This document shows, piece by piece, positions 27,386 to 40,547 of a stretch of 64,000 nt of DNA. The notes beneath the pieces were generated by a model. The model worked only from the letters and a program-made list of their open reading frames with translations. It made no database searches and was not told where the DNA came from. The position numbers and the translations under genes were made by a program. Each line of letters opens with the position of its first letter. The stretch's first letter is position 1. Origin of the DNA: Sphagnum compactum (lineage: Eukaryota); contig OZ234493.1 of assembly GCA_965153455.1 (NCBI GenBank), positions 29,750,213 to 29,814,212 of the forward strand, read 5' to 3'.

Positions 27386-30300
27386 ACATCTTCTATTGTA
27401 TTCTTCCCAATTTACCTTTAGATAATTGCCATATGATTATCTATTGCTACAGCAACTGTCCCTACCTCTGGTATTGAAGAACCAACTTGTTTTTATGGTT
27501 GTTTTTTTTTTAAATTCTGAGTTTTCTTTGGTTTTAATTTTTTGCCAAATATATCTCTTTAACGTAAGAGCTATTTTATGTAACTATCCCACGTTCAAAG
27601 TATAACTTGTTTCTAGCATCTACTTATCAATGTCTAGAAAAATCTCTTCTATTGTAATTAGTTTTCTAAATTCACTACCTCCTGAGATTTATGTGCTTCC
27701 ACAAAAGTAGTATTTGGCATACTCAACCAAGTTGTGTTCCATCCCTCCATGGATGTGGATGGCCCTTCTGTTTAGGTCTATGTTTTCTGAATCTATTGAA
27801 TTGTCTCCACCATTGATTTTTTCAACCATTCTTCTTTCTCCTAATCAGGAGCATTCTTTGTTTTCCTTGGCTCTCTATCCTTGAACACTTGTTCTTCAGT
27901 TGCTTTACTTCTTGTTATAACATTAATATCCACCACATTCACATCTGCAGTGATTGTTTGTCTCAACAACAAGTTGAACCTTTGCTATTGTCATAGATTT
28001 CCCATGAAACATCTTTTGCATTTCAGTAAACTTTGGATAGTCTGTCATTTTATGTCCATTCAAACCACAGATGTGGCATGCATATGAAGATGTCATTTGT
28101 GGTTTTTGACTCGGTTGTGCTACCTTTATGGTTGCCACCACGTTATACCCTTTCTTCTTTCTGCACGTCTCCACATTGTGATTTGTCATACCACAATTTG
28201 TGCAATACTTGTTAGTCTTCCTTATATTACTTTGTGTTTTTGCTGGTGCTACCTGTTTGGTGCTTTGTGGTATTGAAAGTGCACTCCTTGTTTCTGTAGT
28301 AATCATGCCTTCTTCACACAACATTGTCACCTCCTTATGCTGAATTGTAGTGTTGACCACTTCATCCCTGCAGATGCAATTATGAGGTATGCTTGCAAGC
28401 TCACGGTAAACATAATAGTCAAGAAACTGTCTATGGTTGGTACTTGTAAACCATGAGCCAACTTTTGAATCCTCTCATAGTAAACTCCATCCGCTTAATC
28501 TCCTCTTGCTTCATGTTCTTCAACTCGATGTATATTTGTTCGTCATTTTGAATCTTTCGATGATGTTTGCAAAATTCTTGTGTAAGCTCTGAAAAAGTAT
28601 AGTAAAAAAATATTGACATGTAATTATGGCACCAGTTTGATGCCATATCTCTTAGCGTATAGTTAAACACATTAATGATATACTTTTCAGAAGTCTTTGT
28701 ATTTTCCTTTATTATAGAATTGAACACTTTAACATGAACATTTGGATCAGCATCTTTTTTGAAGTTAGGATACTGAAGAGCTACCCTAATTGGCCTAATA
28801 GAATGGCCATTTCTGTGATCAGGAATTTGTGCAGTTACAATAGATGGTTCTCAATATCTTTCTCTTGGATTTGTCGCATCTGTATTTTTATACCCTCTAG
28901 TAACCATTGAATTCATCAGTGGTCAATTTGTAATCCGGTTCACATGAGTAGTCATTATCAGCTTGGTAAACACCATCTAGGGTGTCCCAACAATTTTGAT
29001 AGTTGTTGTTGGTAGTATTGAACTTCGACTTAGATTCCTTCCTACCGAAACTCCATTTAATCCACTAGACAAATTTGTTGTAGATTGAATTAGCACTCCA
29101 CTTTTAACAACATTCGTGTTGGGTGCAACAACTGTTTCCATTCCTATGGATGTTATGACAACATTAGGTGATTAAGTAACCTCTATTCCAATAAGTTGTT
29201 TTTGAATTTCACCAACTACTGCTTTTGACACTCTTAGCAAAGCTAGGTTGACTCAAGTTTGGTGATGCCCCATTCTATGGTTACCCATTAATATCCTCTA
29301 TGGTGCAAAATGTGGATGTGAATACACGTCTGGTATTCTGCTCTTAAATTGAATGGATGGACAAATCTGTTGATTCTATGGTCCTGATTGACCTCCCAAC
29401 TCCACGCCTTTCACTCTATTCTGGACTATAGAAATTCCTAGTTCCTAGTCCTATGATTGATCCATTAATGCTCTTGCCACATTCTGTAACTCCACATGTC
29501 TAGTAATACTTGCTCTAATGTGAAAAGGCACAAAAGGACAATCCATAATTGTATGTCTTTCTTCCTCACAAAATGCATAGACCCTTGAAAGTAATCTGAC
29601 TACCTCTGAATCCACATATTCATGATCTTGCGTTTCAACTGTGTACCTTGTTTGATCCAACTCTGGATTTCCTTAATGTGAGTATGACTGTGGTACTTCA
29701 TTCAACACATTCACTTGTGCCTCTGCATATTTAGATGATCGTAGGTATGTTTCCTCAGTTTCTTCAACCACATCAATATTGGTATTTTCTTCCACCTCCC
29801 AGTCTTCCACTAGTTCATAGTAATCTGTAGATGCAGACTAATACACAAACCTGGGTTATACACCTCATGTAACATCCCTTCTTCGGCTAATCACCAATTA
29901 TGGACTTGAAATTCCTTACGGTTGATTAGGTACTACAAAAGTCCCTGCTCCGTCTTGATTTCTTTAATTTTGAGCCACAAATTGCAATTGAGAAGTGTAT
30001 TGCACCCATTCATTTGGGTGAGTAGTCGATTGCATCTTTCTCCATGGAAATTGTCGTTTATAATTGTGCCTTCTCTGAAGACCTTTAGTCCATACTTCAC
30101 GCCATACCACCTCTCATGGTAGAAACGACCTGTGCCTTGCAGGTCTTTCTTCTATTCTTAGAACTTGTTTATCCAACATCAGATTCCAATGTGGGGTTTC
30201 TTTAAGCCCTACATACTCCTCTCCATTTTCAAGATTGTTTTTTGTTTATCTTTTAATGACTTGACGATTTGCCTCCAAGTCTAATTATCATTATAAACTC

Positions 30301-30528
30301 CGGGTCACCATTCGATTCATCTTGTTTCACAATCCTTCATCTTCAGAGTCTGTAGATCGCTTTGTAGTCCTTACAACATCAATTGCTTAAACCTTGATAC
30401 TTTCTAACATACCCCTTTAAATTTAGAATTGAAAAACAAAACCACTTGTCTAAACATTTTCATCTACAATATAGCAACAAAATTTAAAAAAAACCTTTTC
30501 GTTATTGTTAAAAAAATAGAAGTTTTTT

Positions 30529-30548
30529 TCCCCACAAGATGGTTGCCA
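30529..30548 (-). other. Putative primer-binding site of the gypsy element (tRNA-Lys-like, decayed)
   Basis: The minus strand reads ...CTACCA TT TGGCAACCATCTTGTGGGGA. This resembles TGGCGCCGTCTGTGGGGA (complement of a plant tRNA-Lys 3' end, recalled from memory) and follows a CA LTR end at 30551. Confidence 0.5.
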
Positions 30549-30550
30549 AA

Positions 30551-32281
30551 TGGTAGAAGTGGATTTAATTCCTGCAAAATTATTCCACATTATTATAACA
30601 ACAGATTTGCATTACAATATGCACACATTCACAATTTTTGCCCTGATTCTAAACACACCTAACTCTGCAGTTCATTAAAACAGTAGATTCATGGTTATTT
30701 CATATAACCAAAATTTGCACTTCAAAATACAATGTAGAAAAATGTAGAGACAAGATTATAATTCATTACATCACATTTTTGATAATACAGAAAATTCACA
30801 CAATAATATGGATATGGAAATCACTGTTGAAGTTTGAACTTCTCTATTTTACTAGAAACTTACAAAATTATAGTAAAATTTCATGTTTTGTTGAAATGAA
30901 ATCAAAACAACAAAATAAAAATATATATCTGTGGTTTTCTTGTACAAAGTACTTACAACTATTTTTACTCTCCCCAAAAATTATGTGTCTACTTAATAAT
31001 CAAATCATTTTCCATAGATCTCCCATCTTTGGGCAATCTCAAGTCACATCATCATGATTCAAAACCAACAATAATTCAAAATTCAAACCTACAATGTTCC
31101 ATGAGTAGTCCTTATCCTAAATGCCTTGTTCATCCAAACCATGTAATCATCCTACCCCCTTAACACACCAATCCATATTTTTTAATCTTCAGTTCCATAT
31201 GTTCCAAGAAGTCACTAAAACCTTGCACTATCCATGGGAGTCCATTTTGAGTCCTTTCTGTCCATTAGCAGTCCTTAAAATTCCAATTTGCCATACATGA
31301 TCATTCCATATCCATTGGCAGTCCCCAAAACTCCAGTCCGCCATCTATGAGCATTCCATATCATTTTCATTCCATATGTCTCCTAGTTGTTCCTTATGGC
31401 CACCTTGCAATAGTCCACATGTGTAATCATCTTAACTCCATTATATGCTTAGTATTCAGTAAAAATGATCTGAAGTCCATCATGGAACAAAGTAGATCAC
31501 AACTATTTTTGCAATCCATGACAATGGGCTCAATGTACTTTTAGCCTTTCATATTCAAGTCCCTAGAATTCTACTCCTATCCTATTCTATAGACTGCTCT
31601 TTAAAACTCATGATTAGAATAAATTGCATAAATGATATGTACATCTTTAACTCATCTGTTTATTTTTGTTACATGGTGTAAATTTGCAAACCCAGTATGA
31701 ACCTTTGTGTCACTTTTAGTTCCATTGGAAAAGTGCCATGTGCGCCTGCAAATTGCCACCATCAACCTTTCAATTAGCTTTATTAAGTTGGATCTAGCGC
31801 CATAGTTAAGTGGCGGGCAATGTATTATGGCAACAATCACATCTCCTAAGTGTAATCATCATTCTAAGTTGAAGAATGCCCATTAGCCACCCACATACCC
31901 AAAAGCACAACCATAATTATCCCCTAATCAAAAACGCAAAAAAAAATCGATCACAAGCACCTTTGTGAGAATACTTGGAAATGCACCCGGGGTTTCCTTC
32001 CTCTATTGAAGTATGACATTTGTTGCCCTCTTAACCTTCTAATTTGCCACAACAATGTCACCTGTTTCTTCTTCAACATGTTTTGCGATTCTTTAAGCTT
32101 TTCTTCTTCGAGCTTTATATTCTCGTTGATGCTATATAGACTTTGCCTTCTCTTTGGCGCCTCCTCTTATCACCCCTAATCTTCTTTCCTTGTCTCTTGT
32201 GTTACCCATGGTTTCTAGCCGTCAACACATCCATGACCTTCGGGTTCAAACACACTAATAGGAGCCAATCCAAGTGTAACA
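30551..32281 (-). mobile_element. Putative 5' LTR of the gypsy element (distal boundary uncertain)
   Basis: Ends in CA directly before the PBS on the minus strand. A candidate TGTTACAC start lies at 32281. No partner LTR in the window confirms it. Confidence 0.35.
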
Positions 32282-34744
32282 ATTGTTTTGTATTTCACAT
32301 TTTTGAGTCAAAAATGTGAAAGGTGGTCAAACTTTTTACACAAATATGTTGGTAGTATAATATGAAAACATGTGGTATGATTTGGAAATATATTATATAT
32401 ATATGATACTCAAAAGCACTCAATAAGCACTGTAACGTTTGCTTAAAAAACACTATAAGCACCATAAAAAACTCCTATTTCTTGTAAGATTTTAAAAACG
32501 TGACATGATTTGGGGTAGATTCTTTAAACATATATTTACATAATAGTATAAAGTAACACATTTTAAAATCAAAATAAATTTTCAATGATATTTTTAACAA
32601 GGATTCTTATAATATTCTCCCAAAAGCACTCACCCAAAGTGGCAGATGTGGTTCCTATTAGCATGTTTGCACCCCTTCACAAAGAAAATAGTGATTTGCT
32701 GCCCTGGCTAGGAAATTGTCTCCCCTCCTAAACATATGGTTCAAACGAGTTACACTTCCCCCCCAAACCTAAGTTGAAATGACCTATGCTTTGCACATGC
32801 TCACGTCACCTTTTAAAATTTTGGTTTTTGGGACATCTCTAGGTAAAGTAATATAGTCCCTATTAACAATGCCCCAAGTAGAAGTTGGGAAAAAATCCCT
32901 TTTGAGAGGGAAAATTTTGAAAAACAATAAATATTGCATCTCATGGGGACTTTTGAAATTTTGGTTTAATTTTGATGATTAAAAAGTCCTTATCTACCTT
33001 TTGACTATGTTAATCAAGGTTAGAACTATTGATATGAATTCATAATTTTATTTTATAACAAATACCAAGTTACTAAAAATAATTAAAAATGAAAGTCTAT
33101 AAAATTTTATTTTTTTGTTAATGTCTTAGCCAAACGACCAGTCCATATAAAGTCTTTTCAAAAGTCCATTGCTACTAGAGGATAAGTTTTTTTCAAAAAA
33201 TAATTACATAGGCTTTTTCAAAATCAAGTTCTTAGTATGAAATCAAGTCCCAATTAGTTTATCCAAAAATATTAAAATATTTATATGCATTTGAACAAAG
33301 GATACCCTTGGAAACTGTTCAAAATGTTACAATAGTGAACCATTGTGGCTTGCATTCACCCAATTGTATTACCACCTAAAAAATGTTCAGAAAGGTTTAA
33401 CATTGCCTTTGGTGATGAGCCAAGCGTTGACACAAAAATAAATTCCCACAATTGGAACAAAAGATGTTGCGATGAAAATTTTACTCCCAACATTCAACTA
33501 AGGATTGATTTGGTTGATTGTTCAACAACCCCTAATTGAATGAGACAAAAGAAAGTGAATGTAAAAAGAAGCCAAGTTTGCCTAAGGGAAAGAGGGAGAG
33601 GACAAGGCAACCAAACAAAAAACCTAAGGGAGGGCAAGCGCTAGAAGCAAGGAAGTGCGCAAGGGAGGGGGAGGAAGGGAAAAGGCTCCAATAGAGGGTA
33701 AGACCTCCATCACGATAGACCAAGAAACCCCACCTCAAAAGCCAAAAGAAGATAAGGGCTTAAGAATGATTGATTGGAAGATTATTGGGAATTGAGGGGA
33801 AAATTATTTCAAGATATGGAAGTTTTTAATTTCCAACGCCCCAAAAATTGCCAAATTTTGGCTAAGTAGGACAAAGATGGGAATTTCAAAAGATTTTGGA
33901 AATTAAACTTCCATATATTGAAATAATAAGGAATTTCAATCCCTGCCCGAAAGGAAATGCTTAATGTGCCTGCAACTTATCCTCTTGTAAGGGTCAATGT
34001 GATCAAAGTCCAGTCTTAGGTAGGGTGCATGGCCTCTAGACCCCCCTATCTCGCCCCTCATGGGTTTGAAAATCAAAATGTGCCCATTGGTTTCTACTTT
34101 GCTCTGAGCTTAACTCCTTCTCCTTCAGCTTGCGCACATGTCCACAAACGCTCTTCCTCCACAACGCAAAGATCTCTCCCGTCTGAAGAGGCTCCACGTA
34201 TGTGGAAAATAAAAAAATTACGCTATCTAAAGCTTCACACATGTGGAAGAAAATTACTCATTGACCAAGGATTTAGAAAGAATTGCAAGAAAGTTTAGAA
34301 GCAAATTTTGTTCTTTGAGATTGTCTTTTGTTAACAATTTTTGGGAAAAAAGATTAGTGGCAATATGGATATGCTACTTTCACTTCGTCTTCCTCTAGCT
34401 TCTTTCGTGGTCACGCTCATAGATTGCGGCTATAAGTAGTTCATGGCCCTCAATGTAGTTGTCTGTACCAAGATGGTGTCGTTTTCCTTTGCGCTTGTTT
34501 TCTATGTATGGAACTCGCCAAGTTCACCTGATTGCAATTCATAGACACTACTTTATGCATTGCAAAATTCAAGAATTTCTTCACGTTCCTTTGGCCACCT
34601 GATGGAAAACGGTTGTGAGATTCAATTTGTTTGCTTTTGGTGACAATCTTGCAACTTTCTTTGTTTTTGGTTACCATTTCCTCCTTTTTGGTTCCAGTTT
34701 AAAACACGCATCCAAATCACTGTCGCCAAAATTCATGTGTTTTC

Positions 34745-35171
34745 TGTGAGCGATCTATTTCTTCCCTGGTAGCCAGAGAGAAAATATACATAATGATCAA
34801 GCAAGGATGAAAGAAGCAAAGAGTGTGATGGTAGATAAATGCGAAGAATTGAAGTTGTGAATAGTTCGTTGTGTCAATGTATTGCACATGAGTCTGCTTA
34901 TATACATTTGCGCAGCCACTAAGCAGTAAAGATCAACAGCTAGTTTGTAGCAAGTTTCACCTAATGTGGCTTCCAAATGTACAACCATTGAACTTGACCA
35001 GTTCAGTTATCTACCTTACATACTTGATTCCAGCTACTTAGCGTGGACACCTTAACTGCATTTATTTTTCTCATTAATCTAGCTTAATCCAGCTTTATCC
35101 TATGTCAGCTTAACAACCTTCTAGAAGTTACATAGCAAGTTGCTAACGATTTGTTACCACTTCTTCTAACA
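34745..35171 (-). repeat. 3' LTR of the copia element (427 bp)
   Basis: Direct repeat of 39546-39970. On the minus strand it is preceded by the polypurine tract at 35172-35183. Confidence 0.95.
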
Positions 35172-35196
35172 CTCCCACTTGCTATCAAATCCCAAG

Positions 35197-38100
35197 TCAT
35201 TTAAGGCCTAGTCTTTCCATGCACTTGTAATGCTTTGTTCTAGAGACTCCCTTTGTCAAAAAATCTACACTCATTTCATTAGTCCCACAATATTTGAACA
35301 TAACCTCTCCTGCGCTTGCTATTTCTTTTACATAATGATGGCGGATGTCGATGTGTTTTGATCTACTAAGGTGCACTGGATTCTTTATGAGCAAGATGCT
35401 TCCTTGATTATTTGTGAAGATGATGGTTGCCTCCTTTTGAGGAAAATTAAGTTCAGTACGAAAAGTTTTCAGCCACATTGCCTTTTGAGTTGCTTGAGCT
35501 GTTGCCATGTGTACTTTGCTTCCGTGGTGGAAAGTGCAACTGGTAGTTAGCTCTTACTAGACCAGTTGATTGCCCCGTTCGTGAGAAAGAATGCGAACCC
35601 AATGGTTAATCTTCTGCTGTCAACATCTCCTCCCCAATCTGCATCACATGATCTATACACAATCACACCATGCTATGATTTATTGGGTTGAAAATGTTGT
35701 AGCCGAAAACTCTTTGTACCTTACAAGAACCTAAAAAATCTCTTCACTGCTTTCCAATGAATGAGTCTTGGCAATTTAGCAAACTTGCTGACGATTTCAA
35801 CTACAGTGGCAATATCAGGTCTAGTAGCTATCATGGTGTACATGAGACAACCTATAGCTTTTCTGTAGGGTATTTTCTCCACTTCAACAACCTCTTCTAC
35901 TGTCATAAGCTCATCAATCTGAAAAAGTTTAGAGTTGGTGTCAAGGGGTGTGTTAATTGGTTTACACTCCTCCATACCAAATCTTTTAAAAATATCTTTT
36001 ATGTATCTTTCCTGAGTCAAGCTAATAGTATTATTCTCTCTTCTTTTTACTACTTGTATGCCAAGGCAATATTCTACTTCTCCAAGGTCCATCTCAAATT
36101 CACTACTAAAGAGCACTTTGACACTATTGATAACAGTGACGTTCTTGCTCAAGATAAGGAGATCATCAACATACATAGCTAGAAATACATTCACATTTTC
36201 TTGATCTCTATATAAGTAGACACTTTGATCTGATTGACATCTCCTGAAACCGATTTTTGAAGGAAGCTATGGATCCTTACATTCCATAACCGTTGCACTT
36301 GTTTCAAGCCATATGTGGCCTTTTTTAGTTTGCAGACTAAGTGCTCCTTCCCACCGACCTCATAATCGTCCTGTTGCACATGTAGATATCTTTTGTGAGT
36401 TCCCCATTCAAGAAGGTGCTCTTCACATCCATCTGATGGATCTCTAAGTTGCAAATTGTTCCGAATGCAAACAAGGTTCTAATAGAAACAAACTTAGTTA
36501 TTGGTGCATATGTTTCAAAGAAGTCAAACCCCTTTGTTTGCGGCAAAACCCTTTGCTACAAGTCTTGCTTTATATCTATCTACATCGCCAGTTGCCTTTT
36601 GCTTAATTCTAAAAACCCATCTACTACCTATGGCTTTCTTCCCATCGGGAAGTCTCGTTAATGACCATGTTTCATTCTTTAATAACGAACTATACTCTTC
36701 ATTTGTCGCTTGTTTCCAAAGCAATCTGTCAGTTCTTTGTAGAGCTTTACAGATTATTGTTGGTTCACTCGTGTTGGCCATGCAAGCAAAGTCCAAAAAC
36801 TTAGAAGACGCTCCTTTGACTACTCGTGAGGACTTTCTTTGAGTCGTCACTTCTTTAGGGACTTCCTGGCTAAGCATGGGCTCTACTTCCACTCCCGTTG
36901 AAGGGATGTAATTATCTTCCCTATGCACAGGTAAATCAACTGTGATCTCATCGTGGGGATGAACTAACTCATGATGATTGAGTGGAATAGAATCTTCATG
37001 TTCTACACCCTCCATACCAATTAAGGGCTTTGTATGCTCTAAGCCAACTCCTATTATTTTTGGAGTTTCTACAGGCATGTGTGCATTAGGGGATTCTATA
37101 GAACTGACCGTCTCATTGAAGACTACGTCCCGACTCAATATCAACTTCCCAGTAGCAACATCTATGAGTCTATAAGCTTTGGAATCGGTACTATAACCCA
37201 CAAAAATACACTTTGTGCTTTTGGGTTCAAGCTTCGAGCGTGTCTGACTTGGTTTGAGCACATAAGCAACACAACCAAAAACCTTAAGATGCTTGACTAT
37301 TGGTTTCCTTCCACTCCACAACTCTTTTGGAATTATGTCTAGTACCGCCTTGTGAAGGCTTCTCGCTCGAAGGTGGAAGGCCGTATTTATCACTTCTGCC
37401 CAGTACCTAGCAGGTACTCGTCCATGATGGAGCATGCAGCGAGCTGATTCAATGACTATTCGGTTCAACCTTTCTACCATACCATTCTACTGAGGAGTGT
37501 AGGGCGTTGAAAACTGATGTTGAATCTCGTGACTTTTGAGGAAGGATGCGAAAAGATTTTATGTGAATTCCCCACCATTGTCACTCTTCAAAATTTGATC
37601 TTCTTTCCGCTTTGACTTTCGGCAAATGTTTTGAACTCTAGAAATTTCATGAGACATTCTCCCTTTTTCTTCAGAAAGTAGCAAAATGATTTTCGTGAGT
37701 AATCATATGTGAATATTACGAAGTAGCTGGCATCTCCAGAAGATGGTATCTTCGCTGGTCCCCACACATTAGAGCGAATGAGACTTAGAGGCTCGTTAGC
37801 CCTTGTAGCTCCTTCTGTCGGGAAAGGTTCTTTGTGTTGTTTTCTGTACACACAACCTTCACAAAAGGCCAAGTTTTCATGATTTTTCAAGTTAAGTCCT
37901 TCCATAAGTTTCTTCCGTGTAAGGAGCTTCTCGTCTTCAACGCCAAGATGGCCTAAGCGTTTGTGCCATAAATCAATGTTAGCGATTTTGTGGTTATCTA
38001 TGACTTGTGCTTGTTCTCCTTCATTCCTGTGGCTAGACTTGTTGGAAATGGCAACTGCAGCGACTTCCAAGTAAGATCTACTCCTAGGAACTGCTATATC

Positions 38101-39568
38101 TGGTTTAGCAACAACGTTTTGCATTTTTGCCTACTTCATTGTGCAGTTAGCCTGGAGATGCCAACGGAACGACAACTACATTGGCTTCAGGTGAGACCAA
38201 TTTCTCGGAACTGCTACAACTTGTTTAGCAACGACATTTTTCTTTTCTGGCAATTTCACTTTGCAACCAGGCTTGTTGGAAACGGCAGCTCCAACAACTT
38301 CAAAGTAAGACCTTCTTTTGGGAACTGGTAAAATTGGCTCTGCAACAACATTTGCATTTGTCACAACTTTACTGGCAACTTCACTATGCAAATCCAACTT
38401 GTAGAGATGGTCATTATGCAAGCATACTCCCACTATTTTTCGCTGATCATTTTAGATAACACAGAAATTTTCACCAAATCGGAAAAGGTTTCCAAGTGAA
38501 GTTCCCTTACTGACCGAAATGAGATTCTTAGCTATCTTGGGAGCAAATAAAACGTCTTTGAAAACTCCATTGATAGTCTCATCTCCCACTGACATGCTGA
38601 CTTCAACATCTCCCATGTCGACAACTTCCAAGATTGTGTCGTCTCCCATGAGATTTTTCTACGTGAGATTTCTTTGTACCCTTTGAACCAAAGACAAGTG
38701 TACGGAAGCTCCGGAATCAATGTACCAGGCGTCGTTGTCTGAAGTAGCTGATAGTGCAGATGCAAATGTTTAAGCATTATCGGGGTTGCTTTCAGCATCG
38801 TTAGCTTCTTCAGCTTTCTTGCTCCGTAGCTCAGCTTTTCGCTTCTTGCATTCCTTCGCCCAATGACCCCGAACTCCACAAAAATTGCAAGTGTCATTGC
38901 TTTTGTCACGGCCTTTATGAAACGTGGCTGCTAGTGCCGCTTCTCCATTAGCTTGTGGAAACTCTCCCTTTTCCTTCCACATGAGTTCTTCGTTGAACAA
39001 CCTAGTGCTCACACCTTGCCACCTGCAGTCTTCAATCCTGGATGACTCCAGAGAAGTGATCAGAGTTTGGTAACTTTCTGGAAGGCTCATGAGTAAGACC
39101 ATTACCTTGACCTCGTCTGGCACAACTATTTCAATGGCGTCTAGTTCGTCAGCTGTTGTTCCAAGCCTATTCAGATGTTCCTCCATCGTGTAAGATGGCT
39201 CCATTTGGAACATGAAGAACTTGCGTGTGAGAAAGATTTTGTTGGCCAAGCCTTTGTTGACATGCCGCTTCTGAAGAGTGTCCCTAACACCTTTTACTGT
39301 AGTCTCTTTCCTCACGCTCATCAATTGGTTATCAGATAGGCCCTGGACAAGGAGATTAACTGCTCTTCTCTCCTTCCGAGTGTAAGCAAGGAGTCCAGCA
39401 AAGTCTGATACATCCGGCTTTGTCTCATCTTCGGTGATCAGGTCCCAGAGTTCTCTTGCTATGAACAACGTCGAGTTTGAATTTCCACAACATGAAATTT
39501 TTCTCCCCAAATTTATCTATGGCTCCATAATGTGGGCCCATAACCTGTGAGCGATCTACTTCTTCCAT
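35197..39568 (-). pseudogene. Copia gag-pol polyprotein, fragmented
   Basis: ORF-track fragments 39425-39619, 38770-39510, 38452-38649, 38176-38433, 37588-38124, 36524-37480, 36337-36546, 36191-36454, 35721-36194 and 35197-35508 tile one polyprotein starting at ATG 39568. Confidence 0.92.
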
Positions 39569-39970
39569 GGTAGCAAGAAAGAAAATACACGAATGATCAA
39601 GCAAGGATGAAAGAAGCAAAGAGTGTGATGGCAGATAAATGAGAAGAATTGAAGCAGTGAATAGTTTGTTGTGTCAATGTATAGCACGTGAGTCCGCTTA
39701 TATACATTTGCAGAGTCACTAAGCAATAAAGATTAACAGCTAGTTTGTAGCAAGTTTCACCTAACGTGGCTTCCTACAGCCGCTGAGCTTGACCAGCTCA
39801 GTTATCTACCTAAACTACCGAATTTCCAGCTGCTTCGCATGGACACCTCAATTGCATTTATTATTTCTCTTGTTAATCTAGCTTAATCTAGCTTTATCCT
39901 ATGTCAGCTTAGCAACCTTCTAGAAGTTACATAGCAAGTTGCTAAGGATTTGTTACCACTTGTTCTAACA
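39546..39970 (-). repeat. 5' LTR of the copia element (425 bp)
   Basis: Direct repeat of 34745-35171, immediately followed on the minus strand by the PBS at 39545-39533. Confidence 0.95.
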
Positions 39971-40547
39971 TTCTCTTCTGCTTGTTAGTCAAATCCTTGG
40001 AACACAATCAGGTTCCTCTTAGTCACCCAACTCTAAGCCCGTGGACTTCATGGAGTAGTCCTCTCCACTGGGTGACCACAATGTATTCTAATGGTTTCAT
40101 CATTTCTCATGATTTTCTCTGAAGCTCATCTAAGTACTTTCAATTGGACTTGGAGGATAGAAGCCTAAGTGTACATCAGCCTGATTAGTGCTGTTTTTCC
40201 ATTGTGGGAGGATTCTGTTTCTAATATTGATTTCCCGCCATGTCTAAGGGCATTATATTCTGTCTCATTTGCCCCTGTGGTTTCTCTACATTCTGTATCA
40301 TGGGTAATGTCCCAATTGAAGTGATGTCAGCGATATAAATTTTTGAAACACTTTACATGAGCGTGCAACTAACTATAATCAACTTCATGGAACTACCATG
40401 TTACAAAAACCCAATTAATTTTTATCGGAAACCTGTTATTTAACATAATACCTTAACGCTTCACCCTCATGTTTAGTTAAGTACCTTCACGCTTCACCCT
40501 GTGCAGGGAGTGTGGTATTTATTTGGTGCAATTACAAGAATAATTCA

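Larger units (their letters stand above)
22876..30550 (-). mobile_element. Decayed Ty3/gypsy (non-chromovirus-like) retrotransposon internal region: gag-PR-RT-RNase H, 3'-truncated, interrupted by a nested insertion at 24882-27385
   Basis: Gag core at 28431-28750 (FNYTLRDMASNWC). Two knuckles, CTNCGMTNHNVETC and CHICGLNGHKMTDY, at about 28030-28210. Protease IEDVLLNGGFGINII is split by the insertion. RT motifs DPYPVPFTDEILN and FLDDFIVY at 23300-23950. RNase H FHVHTDAS...AMVFVLHKFR at 22876-23060. Many stops and frameshifts. Confidence 0.9.
34745..39970 (-). mobile_element. Full-length but mutationally inactivated Ty1/copia LTR retrotransposon (5226 bp)
   Basis: LTRs at 39546-39970 (5') and 34745-35171 (3') have TG..CA ends and are roughly 90% identical by eye. 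The TSD is TTTTC/TTCTC, the PBS is GGTTATGGGCCCA and the PPT is AGCAAGTGGGAG. Domain order is gag (CNFCGVRGHWAKEC), PR (WYIDSGAS), IN (WHKRLGH..CEGC, SDNGGEF, NGMVER), RT (YKARLVAKGF, QMDVKS, YGLKQ, YVDDLL), RH (DADWGGD, SKHIDIRHH). Several frameshifts and stops are present. Confidence 0.97.

Noticed and set aside
33345-34010. LTR-like segment left of the copia element
   Set aside because: The composition is suggestive, but no matching termini, TSD or partner copy could be established.
35757-36842. Plus-strand ORFs of 141 and 113 aa
   Set aside because: They are antisense shadows of the copia RT coding region.
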